DNA from: Bacteroidota bacterium
GTDB taxonomy: Bacteria; Bacteroidota; Bacteroidia; Chitinophagales; Chitinophagaceae
DNA: 64,000 nucleotides
Assembly: GCA_018268015.1 (NCBI GenBank)
Contig: JAFDXJ010000021.1
Span: 10,965 to 74,964 of the forward strand
Direction of reading: 5' to 3'
A program made the translations under genes and the position numbers. Each line of letters opens with the position of its first letter. The stretch's first letter is position 1. Under the pieces are notes generated by a model. It did no database searches. It saw nothing but the letters and a program-made list of their open reading frames with translations, and was not told the origin of the DNA. Positions 1-9,378 of the stretch are shown here, piece by piece.

Positions 1-169
1 GGAATGAAATGTCTTTTTTACTTGCCGCATAGTATAAACTTTTCTTATATTCAAATTCAGAAAAGCCAATTTTTTCTGCTATTGATTTTAATTTGTTAAT
101 TGCTTCTGCACAAAGTTGATAGGAGCGAACGGCTTTCTTATAGCCAATCAAGGTTTGCAGTCCCTGTGC
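1..169 (-). other. Unassigned open frame running off the left window edge (56 codons, no ATG inside the window)
   Basis: Manual reverse-strand translation gives AQGLQTLIGYKKAVRSYQLCAEAINKLKSIAEKIGFSEFEYKKSLYYAASKKDISF... The frame is closed upstream by TGA (170-172). TTG 149-151 is the only plausible start. Product not recognised. Confidence 0.2.
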
Positions 170-179
170 TCAGACTGAT

Positions 180-476
180 TTGAGCAGTAACCAAATGAAA
201 AATATGGCCTCGGTTACTTCTGTTGTTTTGCAACAAAATATTCCTAACCCATTTGGAAACAATACCAGTATCGGGTACGATATACCTGACAACCTGCACG
301 ATGCACAGCTTATGGTTTCCGATATGAGTGGCAAAGTGTTGAAGCAAATTCCTTTGCAATCCGGCAAAGGCAATATCACCATTGACGGAAGCACATTAAA
401 TGCCGGGGCATATAGCTATTCACTGCTGATAAACGGGAAAGTGGTAGCATCAAAAAAAATGATAATTGCGCGGTAG
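180..476 (+). pseudogene. Orphan T9SS type A C-terminal sorting domain with no cargo domain or signal peptide; probable 5-prime-truncated remnant
   Basis: The last ~80 aa fit the T9SS CTD pattern (QNIPNPFGNNTSIGYDIP...GAYSYSLLINGKVVASKKMIIAR). The frame opens only after TAG 141-143. The start is TTG, and the upstream + strand frames are closed. Confidence 0.55.
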
Positions 477-499
477 GCATAAACAATAAAATTATCTGC

Positions 500-541
500 C
501 TTATTATAAGGGGTGTCGAATGAGCCACCTCTTATAATAAG
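500..541 (+). terminator. Strong hairpin downstream of the CTD fragment (16-bp stem including one G-U, 9-nt loop), with no T-run
   Basis: CTTATTATAAGGGGTG (500-515) pairs with CCACCTCTTATAATAAG (525-541). Read directly from the sequence. Confidence 0.4.
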
Positions 542-575
542 TTTCTAAATACAGTGGAAGTAATGGCTTTAGCAC

Positions 576-986
576 TTGGCTGGCACAATTAAAAATAGCT
601 CTGATCCACTCGAGAAATTAAAGAACCTTTTACACAATGTCCACGTAAAAGAGGACGATCACGAACTAGCATTGCACACAGCCAATGGTATAAGCTTTAT
701 TCCGATTAATGAAATAGTACATTGCAAGGCACAGGGCAGCTATACCGCTATTCACTTAAGCAATGAAAAAACAGAAATCGCTTCAAAAGCCCTGCATGAT
801 TTTGAAGAGATACTGCCGGAAAAGCTATTTATCCGCATTCATAAATCGCATTTGGTCAACCGGAAATATATTGACGCAATAAACAAAAATGGCTCTCTTG
901 TTTTGAAAGGAAATAAAATGCTGGAAATTTCAAGAAGGAAGTTGGCTGAAGTTATAGAAAAACTTTCCGGTAAGAAAATGAATTGA
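576..986 (+). CDS. LytTR DNA-binding domain protein with no receiver domain (stand-alone regulator or truncated response regulator)
   Basis: LytTR pattern ISFIPINEIVHCKAQGSYTAIHL...LFIRIHKSHLVNRKYI. The frame opens right after TAG 570-572, TTG is the only start, and there is no in-frame ATG until about codon 113. Confidence 0.6.
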   Translation: MAGTIKNSSDPLEKLKNLLHNVHVKEDDHELALHTANGISFIPINEIVHCKAQGSYTAIHLSNEKTEIASKALHDFEEILPEKLFIRIHKSHLVNRKYIDAINKNGSLVLKGNKMLEISRRKLAEVIEKLSGKKMN

Positions 987-1416
987 TTGGTTTGCGTTGA
1001 AAAAATTGCTAAGCTAAATTGGCATTGCTATTAAAAGTAAAAATACCTCCAAAGGTTTTTTAAAAATTCATTGCCAGGCATTGAATGGATAAGTAATGAC
1101 TTGTTTTTTCCACCTTATAAACACATGATTTTACTTTCAAGTGTAAGTACTGAATATTTCAATAAGTCATCATTCTCCGGTGTATAAAGGCAATTTGCTG
1201 GTGGCAACTTTTTGCAGTTTTGTTGTTCGTGTAGATAGGGTTTTTATTCCCTATAAAATAAAACTGATTATTTAGTTTCAAAATATAATGGCCATTACAA
1301 CGATTTTTTATTTTTTTTTCATTCAATAAAATAAATCCCCATTTCTTACCAAATAAAAATAAATGATTCCTTAATTTTCTACTTAAAAACCCTTTACTTT
1401 ACAATGCCATTTCATA

Positions 1417-3003
1417 ATGACAAATAAAAAATACATGTCTACTTCTTGCACCGCCATCATCAAGCGATATGGGTCCCTGGTGATCCTCGCCTGCCTTATA
1501 TTTCTTCGGGTAAATGCACAAAATACACCCGGACTGGAAATAACAAATCAAAATAATGAACAAAAAATCCTTTATAATGAAGACTCTTTGCTTCATACGG
1601 CATGGAAACCGGTTGTGTATACAGATACCGGGATTTATGCTTCCTGGGGAAGCTGGTTTCATCGTAAATTTTTCCAGGAACATTTATTGCAATTCAATAA
1701 CAAAGATTTTAAGCTGAATGCAGATATCATTTTTGATGAATATATCGGCAATAGTAAACGCAGTATTACTACTCCGGAAATGAATACACGCGGTTTTGAA
1801 GTATCCGGAACCGTAGGTAAAAATTTTTATTTTGAAACAAATTTTTATGAAAACCAGGGCCGATTCGGTGGCTATATAGATAGTTTTATAAGGGGAAATT
1901 TTATTATACCCGGGCAGGGTGGTTTTAAAAATAAAGGGGACGGAAAAGGTTTTGACTTTGCATCCTCCGATGCAAAACTGGTTTATAAACCAGGGAAAAT
2001 TTTCATGTTTGATTTGGGTTATGGAAAAAATTTTATAGGTGATGGTTACCGGTCCATTTTACTCTCAGACTGGTCTTTTAATTATCCTTATTTCAGAACA
2101 GCCATTAATCTTGGGAAATTTCAATACAATGTGATGTGGTCTCAATATATCAGTGACAGAAACAGGATCTATAATAACAAAAAAGGTTATTTTAGAAAAT
2201 GGGCCCAAACCTTCTTTGTAGATTGGAAACCTATTGATCAATTGAATATCGGGCTCTTTGAATCCGTTATGTGGCCCGACCAGGATTCTTCCTATCAAAA
2301 AGATATGAGTCCCTGGATAGCCAGCCCTATCATGTTTGCACATGGCACAGAATCTCCGGATGGTGTAAAAAATAATGAAATCTATGGCGCAAATTTGAAA
2401 TTACGCATTTTAAAAAGTACCCACCTTTATGGGCAATTTGCCATACAACATAATAAATACGGATCTTCATCCACAAATGAATATGCCATTCAGGGTGGTA
2501 TCCGCTCTGGAAATACTTTTGGATTGCAAAATCTGAATACCTTACTTGAATTTAATATGGCTACTCCTTACATGTATGCCACGAATACTTTGAATACAAA
2601 TTATGCACACAACAATCAACCGCTGGCTCATGCTCTGGGTGCCAACTTTTGGGAAGGCCTCTTTAAAGCAGATTATACCTATAAAAATTTTAGTGTAAGG
2701 CTGGAAACTTTTTATGCACAATATGGAGCGGATTCCAATGCTACGTTGAACTATGGAAATGATATTTTTAAACCGGTTTCTACAGCATCCGTTTCGGGAA
2801 ATGGAGAATTATTACAAGGCCTCAAAACCAATATCCTTTTTGCTGACCTGAAACTGGCTTATATCTTAAACCCGGTTACTAATATGCGTATTGAAGCAGG
2901 CGCAACTTTCCGTAATGAAAAGAGCTCCAGCTTTATATATAAAGACCGGATTTTCTATATTGGTATCCGGATGTCTTTCAGAAAAATATCTTATGACTAT
3001 TAG
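1417..3003 (+). CDS. Outer-membrane beta-barrel protein, Wzi/RemB-like (capsule-assembly Wzi family), paralog 1
   Basis: Has a signal peptide (LACLIFLRVNAQ), the conserved block GYGKNFIGDGYRSILLSD, and a C-terminal aromatic residue (ISYDY). The family name is from memory, not a search. Confidence 0.6.
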   Translation: MTNKKYMSTSCTAIIKRYGSLVILACLIFLRVNAQNTPGLEITNQNNEQKILYNEDSLLHTAWKPVVYTDTGIYASWGSWFHRKFFQEHLLQFNNKDFKLNADIIFDEYIGNSKRSITTPEMNTRGFEVSGTVGKNFYFETNFYENQGRFGGYIDSFIRGNFIIPGQGGFKNKGDGKGFDFASSDAKLVYKPGKIFMFDLGYGKNFIGDGYRSILLSDWSFNYPYFRTAINLGKFQYNVMWSQYISDRNRIYNNKKGYFRKWAQTFFVDWKPIDQLNIGLFESVMWPDQDSSYQKDMSPWIASPIMFAHGTESPDGVKNNEIYGANLKLRILKSTHLYGQFAIQHNKYGSSSTNEYAIQGGIRSGNTFGLQNLNTLLEFNMATPYMYATNTLNTNYAHNNQPLAHALGANFWEGLFKADYTYKNFSVRLETFYAQYGADSNATLNYGNDIFKPVSTASVSGNGELLQGLKTNILFADLKLAYILNPVTNMRIEAGATFRNEKSSSFIYKDRIFYIGIRMSFRKISYDY

Positions 3004-3054
3004 ATCCAATACTTAAAACGAAATCAAATTACCATATCTATTCAAAGAATAAAA

Positions 3055-4659
3055 ATGATAAAACGATTATTGATTATTTGCTGCTTTATTGCCTCGGAGA
3101 AAGCTTTTGGCCAACAGATCCCGCTGACACCGCTGGTACAGAGCCGTTACAATGACCTGACACTGATGGCAGATACTACCGTTTTCACGGGTTTCAGGTC
3201 CATCAACTGGCTGGAGATGAAACCCTATTTAAATATTGGTTCAGATATTACAGATAGTATTTTTTCCATAAATGCGAGAAATAAATCAGGCTACTTTTTT
3301 AAAAATCTCAGTACGGATAACTGGATTCAAATACCGGGTGAAAAAGGCGTTATGACCATTGATCCTTATGTGGATGCCACTTTTGGCTGGCAAAACAGAG
3401 ACACCGCTAATACGATTGCACAATATGTTGGTGGATTAAGACTTCAGGGCGTATATAATGATAAACTTTCTTTTTCAATAGGTTTTTTAGCCGGTTATAG
3501 TCAGTTCCCTGCATATATTCAAAATTATATTGATTCCAATCAACAATATTTACCCAGTGTAGGTAAAGGATATCGCCAGGGTAATGGTAACTATTCTTTA
3601 TCTCAAATTACCGGCAATATCACTTATCTCGCCGGGAAACACATTGTCATATCTGCAGGTTATGGGAAAAATTTTATCGGTGATGGCTACCGTAGTTTAA
3701 TATTGTCTGATAATGCATCGAATGCACCCTATATTCGTCTTCAGGCCAAATACTGGAAACTCACCTATAATGTCATTTATAATAAATACCGCAATCCGCG
3801 TTATATCATTGACGGCAATATTCAGGAAAAATATAGTGTAATGCACTATCTGGGTATTAACTTTTCAAGCAAATTTCAAATGGGTTTATATGACAATGTT
3901 ATTTGGTTTGCCAAAGATACGGGACTCCATCGCGGTTTTGATGTACAATACCTGAACCCGCTCATCTTCATGCGTCCTCTTGAATTTGCCATCGGCTCTC
4001 CGGATAATGCATTTATTGGCCTCACACTGAAGTATAAAATTTATAAAAAAGGATTCTTATATGGACAACTCGGCCTGGATGATTTAAATCTCACCGCCTC
4101 CCTCGATAGACATCAACAACATTATGGAAATAAATATGCTTTACAATTAGGTATCTATAATGAAGATTTGTTTAATGTAAAAAATCTTTCTTACCGTTTT
4201 GAATGGAATGGCGTAAGACCTTATACCTATGGGCACGGCTTTGATAAAACGGGCTTAAACTATACACAAAATAATCAAACACTAGCTGATCCATTCAATG
4301 CCAATTTTCATGAATTTATATCCTTGCTGCAATATCATAACAAGCGCTGGTATGGAATGTTACAAAATATCTTTACTATTCGCGGAGAAAATCCCGGTCT
4401 CCCTTATAACAATGGAGAAGATCTATGGGGCGGGGAAGATGGCGTTCCTCCTTTCGGGAGCAAAACATTACAAGGCATTAAAAATAAATATTTTTATAAC
4501 CAATTATCAGTTGGCTATTTAATCAACCCCAAAAATGGTTTGAGCTTACAAGCGGATTTTATCTACCGCAGGAGAGATTCTCCAAAGATAACCAACTCAA
4601 CCGCATTTGTGAATTTTGGTATAAAAACAAACTTGTATAATTTTTATCATGATTATTAA
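3055..4659 (+). CDS. Outer-membrane beta-barrel protein, Wzi/RemB-like, paralog 2
   Basis: Has a signal peptide and the block GYGKNFIGDGYRSLILSD, which is near-identical to the upstream gene. Ends in FYHDY. Lies 51 nt after paralog 1. Confidence 0.6.
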   Translation: MIKRLLIICCFIASEKAFGQQIPLTPLVQSRYNDLTLMADTTVFTGFRSINWLEMKPYLNIGSDITDSIFSINARNKSGYFFKNLSTDNWIQIPGEKGVMTIDPYVDATFGWQNRDTANTIAQYVGGLRLQGVYNDKLSFSIGFLAGYSQFPAYIQNYIDSNQQYLPSVGKGYRQGNGNYSLSQITGNITYLAGKHIVISAGYGKNFIGDGYRSLILSDNASNAPYIRLQAKYWKLTYNVIYNKYRNPRYIIDGNIQEKYSVMHYLGINFSSKFQMGLYDNVIWFAKDTGLHRGFDVQYLNPLIFMRPLEFAIGSPDNAFIGLTLKYKIYKKGFLYGQLGLDDLNLTASLDRHQQHYGNKYALQLGIYNEDLFNVKNLSYRFEWNGVRPYTYGHGFDKTGLNYTQNNQTLADPFNANFHEFISLLQYHNKRWYGMLQNIFTIRGENPGLPYNNGEDLWGGEDGVPPFGSKTLQGIKNKYFYNQLSVGYLINPKNGLSLQADFIYRRRDSPKITNSTAFVNFGIKTNLYNFYHDY

Positions 4660-4726
4660 GCAGCTTTGCCATTCAATACCTATCCTATTAAATGCTGTTT
4701 TTTAATGATATAAAGATATACAAGGA

Positions 4727-5203
4727 ATGAGTTTTAGTTTTTCATATAATAAAGGGAAAGTAATGCAAGCCCTTCGCTACCATTTTTTCTGGCAAAAAGA
4801 AATCCGAATTTTGCTCATTATCATCCTGGTATTTGACATTGCTACAGCACTCATGTATATTCTCGGCAAAATAAGGCCTGAACCTTTTTTATTGGGTTCA
4901 TTTATATGGATGTTGTTTATACTCTCAGTCTGGTATATACTGCCATATTCGGTATATAAAAAAGCACCTGCATTTAAAGAAAGCTTTATTATTTATTTCC
5001 TGGAAAATAAAGTTCGGTTGGAAAATGAACATGGTGAAGCCGAATGGGGCTGGGAAAAGTTTACAAAAATGGTGGAGAGCCCTAATTTTTTTCACTTTTA
5101 TTTTTCTTCAAAATCATTTTTCCTTGTACCAAAGGACCAAATGAATGATTCGCTTAAAGATAGTGTGCGATTATTATGCCGGGAAAAAATTACCTTATCT
5201 TAG
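4727..5203 (+). CDS. YcxB-like membrane protein
   Basis: Two N-terminal hydrophobic helices followed by a C-terminal YcxB-like pattern (WGWEKFTKMVESPNFFHFYFSSKSFFLVPKDQM). Confidence 0.5.
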   Translation: MSFSFSYNKGKVMQALRYHFFWQKEIRILLIIILVFDIATALMYILGKIRPEPFLLGSFIWMLFILSVWYILPYSVYKKAPAFKESFIIYFLENKVRLENEHGEAEWGWEKFTKMVESPNFFHFYFSSKSFFLVPKDQMNDSLKDSVRLLCREKITLS

Positions 5204-5637
5204 AAACCCGCAATCATTTTTTCCATGGTATAATGAGGAATAGACACCTCAGTAAAGACATCTCCTTTTTTTTCATACCCTTGTTTTTGATAAAAACCAA
5301 CGGCCATATCACGGGCATGCATGGTAATTTTTTTGAACCCTTTGTCGCGTGCAAGATTTTCGGCAAATCGAATAATGGTTCTGCCAATTCCTTTCCCCTG
5401 TAACCCTGACAAAACGGCCATTTGTCTTAATTGAACAGTCTCTTCATCGAGAGGGACTAACATGCAACACCCCTCCAGTTTGCCATCATCATAATATCCA
5501 ATAAAAATATTATGTTGTTCATTTTGCAAATCATGCTCATTCAAACTCAGGCCTAATGGTTTTCTTAATAGTTGATACCTCAGGTCAACCATGTCCTTGT
5601 ACTGTTCTGAATTATAATCTATAATATGTAAGCCCAT
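5200..5637 (-). CDS. GNAT family N-acetyltransferase
   Basis: Acetyl-CoA binding motif QLRQMAVLSGLQGKGIGRTII, plus the GFYQKQGY tail. Confidence 0.85.
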   Translation of the reverse strand: MGLHIIDYNSEQYKDMVDLRYQLLRKPLGLSLNEHDLQNEQHNIFIGYYDDGKLEGCCMLVPLDEETVQLRQMAVLSGLQGKGIGRTIIRFAENLARDKGFKKITMHARDMAVGFYQKQGYEKKGDVFTEVSIPHYTMEKMIAGF

Positions 5638-5659
5638 GAGTTTATCTATACTTTAAGCA

Positions 5660-6751
5660 TTATCCGTTTTGCAGCACTTTAAGCATTTTTCGATCCAATT
5701 GCAGCCCTTTATAATTTTCATAAACGATATCCTCTCTTTTGGAATCAATAATTCCAAAATGTCCTCTCAGGTTCCATAATGCCCAGCCCCAGTCTGCCCG
5801 TTTCCATAAGGATAACCAGGATCGCATCCATTTCAGACAAACTGCATGTGGGGTATATTTAAAACAACCCCACTCCCCTACATGGATACCCACACCCATC
5901 GCTTGCAATTTTTGCCATGGTTGAATATAATCCCTGAACAATTTATCCTTATCCCATCGAATACCATCAATCATCATGGGCCAAGATGGTACGGTCGTTG
6001 ATTTAACCGCCGGACTGGTTTTATAATGAGATAACTCAGGTGGTGAATATCCCCGGGTACTTTGTGCAATATGTAAATCTTTTAATGCAAAAACAGGCCT
6101 GGTACCATATTCCAGCCCATCAGCTATAATGAGTCTATCCGGGTCTTCTGAACGAATAGCCTGTACAATTTCCGTTATCACACGGGCATAAGTATCCGGT
6201 GATATGCCAGCAGGTTCATTGATAAGGTCAAAGCTTAAATTTTCATTGGGAATGCCTTTATAACGTTGGGCAAAAAAACACCATTGCCAAATAGCAGCAT
6301 CCAGCGCTTTACGATCTTGCCAAATATTCAAAGGCTCAATGAAATCCTGGCTAACGCAATACCCTTGTATGCGATGCATATTCAGTTGGATATGGACATG
6401 ATACTGTTTCCCAAATGAGATGACCTCATCAATATCATCAATTCCTTTCTGATTGCTTATTTGGGGTAAATCATGTTTCATCCAGTCATCCTGCGTCATC
6501 CAGCATAGATAACTCATGGGTAGGCGCGCAAAATCAAAGCCCCATTCCTGCATCAATTCAAAATCTTTTTCCTGGAAAGCGGTACTCCATTCGGGCCTGT
6601 CTGTTGAAAATTTTTCCAGTAAATTAAAGCCCCTCCAGCGGGGTAAAAGATTGACCGGTGCTGTATTGGAAATATCCCATCCTTGGGATGAAGAAAGCGC
6701 TAAAGCACCCATGGCTAAAGAACTGTTTTTTATAAATTCTCTCCTTTGCAT
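5660..6751 (-). CDS. Glycoside hydrolase family 5 (cellulase-like) with a Tat signal
   Basis: Twin-arginine leader MQRREFIKNSSLAMGALALS. GH5 acid/base motif LINEPAG and nucleophile region HVGEWG. Confidence 0.75.
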   Translation of the reverse strand: MQRREFIKNSSLAMGALALSSSQGWDISNTAPVNLLPRWRGFNLLEKFSTDRPEWSTAFQEKDFELMQEWGFDFARLPMSYLCWMTQDDWMKHDLPQISNQKGIDDIDEVISFGKQYHVHIQLNMHRIQGYCVSQDFIEPLNIWQDRKALDAAIWQWCFFAQRYKGIPNENLSFDLINEPAGISPDTYARVITEIVQAIRSEDPDRLIIADGLEYGTRPVFALKDLHIAQSTRGYSPPELSHYKTSPAVKSTTVPSWPMMIDGIRWDKDKLFRDYIQPWQKLQAMGVGIHVGEWGCFKYTPHAVCLKWMRSWLSLWKRADWGWALWNLRGHFGIIDSKREDIVYENYKGLQLDRKMLKVLQNG

Positions 6752-6894
6752 TGTAAGTGAAAATAAGAAATTTTATTTTGAATATTTAAAATTGATGAGT
6801 AGAAAAGTACAATATCAAAAAAAGGAAAAATTTTATTCCAAAAAAATGTTTTAAATTCATTTCAAATTAATGATTGTAGTTAATTCAAAAATTA

Positions 6895-6902
6895 TATTTT
6901 TG
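6895..6902 (+). promoter_or_regulatory. Bacteroidota -7 box TATTTTTG (consensus TAnnTTTG) upstream of acpP
   Basis: Exact match to TAnnTTTG, 24 nt before the acpP ATG. Confidence 0.45.
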
Positions 6903-6925
6903 CCCCATAACAAAAACATTCAATA

Positions 6926-7162
6926 ATGTCAGACATTGCAACAAGAGTAAAAAAGATCATCGTTGACAAATTAGGTGTAGATGAAGCCGAAGTAACTACA
7001 GAAGCTTCTTTTACCAATGATTTAGGTGCAGATTCACTGGACACAGTAGAATTAATTATGGAATTTGAAAAAGAGTTTAATATTTCAATTCCGGATGAAC
7101 AGGCTGAAACGATAACCACTGTGGGCCAAGCCGTTTCATACCTGGAAGAGCATGCAAAATAG
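6926..7162 (+). CDS. acpP: Acyl carrier protein
   Basis: 78 aa, with the phosphopantetheine attachment motif [16 protein letters not shown]. Confidence 0.97.
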   Translation: MSDIATRVKKIIVDKLGVDEAEVTTEASFTNDLGADSLDTVELIMEFEKEFNISIPDEQAETITTVGQAVSYLEEHAK

Positions 7163-7261
7163 ACCTATACCGGGTTATCATTTTGCTGTGAAACTCGTTT
7201 TCACCAATATTTGTTTTACTTGTTAAAGCCTGGTTAGTCATAAAATGCATAAATTTAAATT

Positions 7262-8515
7262 ATGGAATTAAACAGAGTAGTAGTAACCGGCATGGGTGCC
7301 ATCACACCATTAGGTAATAATATCCCGGCTTATTGGGAGGGTTTAATTAATGGGGTTTCCGGTGCCGATTACATTACTCAGTTTGACGCCTCCAAATTTA
7401 AAACACGCTTTGCCTGTGAAATCAAGGGATTTGAACCTACCGACTTCATGGATAAAAAGGAAGCCCGGAAGGTAGATCGTTTTACACAATTATCCCTGGT
7501 TACCAGTGATGAAGCTATGAATGATGCGGGTTTGCATAAAGATAACATCAATCCGGACCGGATCGGTGTTGTATTTGGCAGTGGCATCGGAGGAATGCAA
7601 TCCTTTCAGAGTGAAGTCCTGAATTTTGCTCGCGGTGATGGTACCCCACGTTTTAACCCTTTTTTCATCCCTAAGATGATTTTGGATATTGCTGCCGGAC
7701 AAATCTCCATGAGGCACAATTTAAGAGGGCCAAATTTTGCTGTAGTCAGTGCATGCGCTACCAGTACCCATGCTATCATGGAAGCCTATAATCTACTAAG
7801 ACTTGGCCAGGCCGATATTATTTTAACCGGCGGAACAGAAGCCGTAATTACCGAAGCTGGAATTGGTGGCTTCAATGCCATGAAAGCAATGAGCGAAAGA
7901 AATGATGATCCTAAAACAGCAAGTCGCCCTTACGATAAGGACAGAGATGGTTTTGTAATGGGTGAAGCATCAGGTATCCTGGTACTGGAGACATTGAAAC
8001 ATGCCCAGGAAAGAAATGCCAATATCATTTGTGAAATAGCCGGTTGCGGCGCTACAGCAGATGCTTTTCATATTACAGCCCCTCATCCTGAAGGACTGGG
8101 CGCATTGAATGTGATGAGAGCTGCATTAAAAGATGCAGGAATGGCACCGGAAGATATTGATTATATCAATACTCATGGCACATCTACTCCACTTGGTGAT
8201 GTATCAGAAGAAAAAGCGATCAAGCAGGTTTTTGGAAACCATGCCTATAATCTGAATATAAGCTCAACAAAATCCATGACAGGGCACTGTCTTGGTGCTG
8301 CCGGCGCTGTTGAAGCAATTGCCTGCATAAAAAGTGTCAACACAGGCATTATACCACCTACGATTAATCATTTTACAGATGACCCGGAACTAGATCCAAA
8401 ATTGAATTTCACTTTTAATAAAATTCAGCATAGAGAAGTACGTGCTGCTTTAAGTAATACTTTTGGCTTTGGCGGTCATAATGCTTGTGTCATCGTAAAA
8501 AAATTCGTTGCATAA
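7262..8515 (+). CDS. fabF: Beta-ketoacyl-ACP synthase II
   Basis: Active-site Cys in VVSACATST, His motifs HGTSTP and GHCLGAAG, and synteny with acpP. Confidence 0.95.
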   Translation: MELNRVVVTGMGAITPLGNNIPAYWEGLINGVSGADYITQFDASKFKTRFACEIKGFEPTDFMDKKEARKVDRFTQLSLVTSDEAMNDAGLHKDNINPDRIGVVFGSGIGGMQSFQSEVLNFARGDGTPRFNPFFIPKMILDIAAGQISMRHNLRGPNFAVVSACATSTHAIMEAYNLLRLGQADIILTGGTEAVITEAGIGGFNAMKAMSERNDDPKTASRPYDKDRDGFVMGEASGILVLETLKHAQERNANIICEIAGCGATADAFHITAPHPEGLGALNVMRAALKDAGMAPEDIDYINTHGTSTPLGDVSEEKAIKQVFGNHAYNLNISSTKSMTGHCLGAAGAVEAIACIKSVNTGIIPPTINHFTDDPELDPKLNFTFNKIQHREVRAALSNTFGFGGHNACVIVKKFVA

Positions 8516-8518
8516 ATA

Positions 8519-9229
8519 GTGCGCATCCTTTCAAATTTGTTCTTTCGTTCAACAAAAAAAAACCTGGCCAGGGAATTAAAAGTCATTTTGGGTATCCGGC
8601 CGGGTAATATGACCCTTTACGAAGCTTCCCTAAATCACCGTTCCGTTAAAGAAAATGCTGATGAAAACAATGAACGCCTTGAATATTTAGGAGATGCCGT
8701 ATTAGGGCTGCTCATTGCCGATTATTTATTTAAAAAATATCCCTACCGGGATGAAGGCTTCCTTACGGAGATGCGTAGTAAAATGGTCAACCGGAATCAA
8801 CTGAATACTATTGCATTAAAAATGGGATTTAAAAAAATAACGTCTTATAATAAATTTGACAATGCATTAAAAAACAGCCAGATATTTGGAAATGCACTGG
8901 AAGCAGTCGTGGGAGCCATTTATCTTGATAAAGGTTATGAAAAGACCAGGGAATGGGTCTTACAAAAAATCATTACACCATTTTTATTTGTGGATGACCT
9001 GGAACAAATTGATATTAACCTAAAAAATAAACTCATTGGCTGGGCAAATAAAAATGGTAAAAGCATTTCTTTTGAAACAATTGAAGAGAAAATAGCCGGG
9101 AACAGGCGAGTCTTTACCATTGGCGCCGTGGTAGATGGTATCGTAATTGCTCAAGGTCAGGGTTTTAATAAAAAATACGCCAGCCAGGTAGCTGCACAAC
9201 TCGCCATTGAAAAACTACAAATAGCCTGA
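8519..9229 (+). CDS. rnc: Ribonuclease III
   Basis: RNase III signature ERLEYLGDAVLGL and a C-terminal dsRBD. GTG start 3 nt after the fabF stop; the exact start is uncertain. Confidence 0.9.
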   Translation: MRILSNLFFRSTKKNLARELKVILGIRPGNMTLYEASLNHRSVKENADENNERLEYLGDAVLGLLIADYLFKKYPYRDEGFLTEMRSKMVNRNQLNTIALKMGFKKITSYNKFDNALKNSQIFGNALEAVVGAIYLDKGYEKTREWVLQKIITPFLFVDDLEQIDINLKNKLIGWANKNGKSISFETIEEKIAGNRRVFTIGAVVDGIVIAQGQGFNKKYASQVAAQLAIEKLQIA

Positions 9230-9322
9230 TTTCTTTATCAAGATGTGCTTGCATTATTTTGAGCTTTATCAAAATTTTGCAAGAGTTCTTTCAAATAAAC
9301 CTTTAATTTAAGTTACTTCACT

Positions 9323-9330
9323 TACCTTTG
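9323..9330 (+). promoter_or_regulatory. -7 box TACCTTTG upstream of typA
   Basis: Exact TAnnTTTG match, 49 nt before the typA ATG. Confidence 0.4.
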
Positions 9331-9378
9331 CAGCCTTTAAAAAATTAAAGCGTTACCTTTAGGGTAGTATTTACATTT

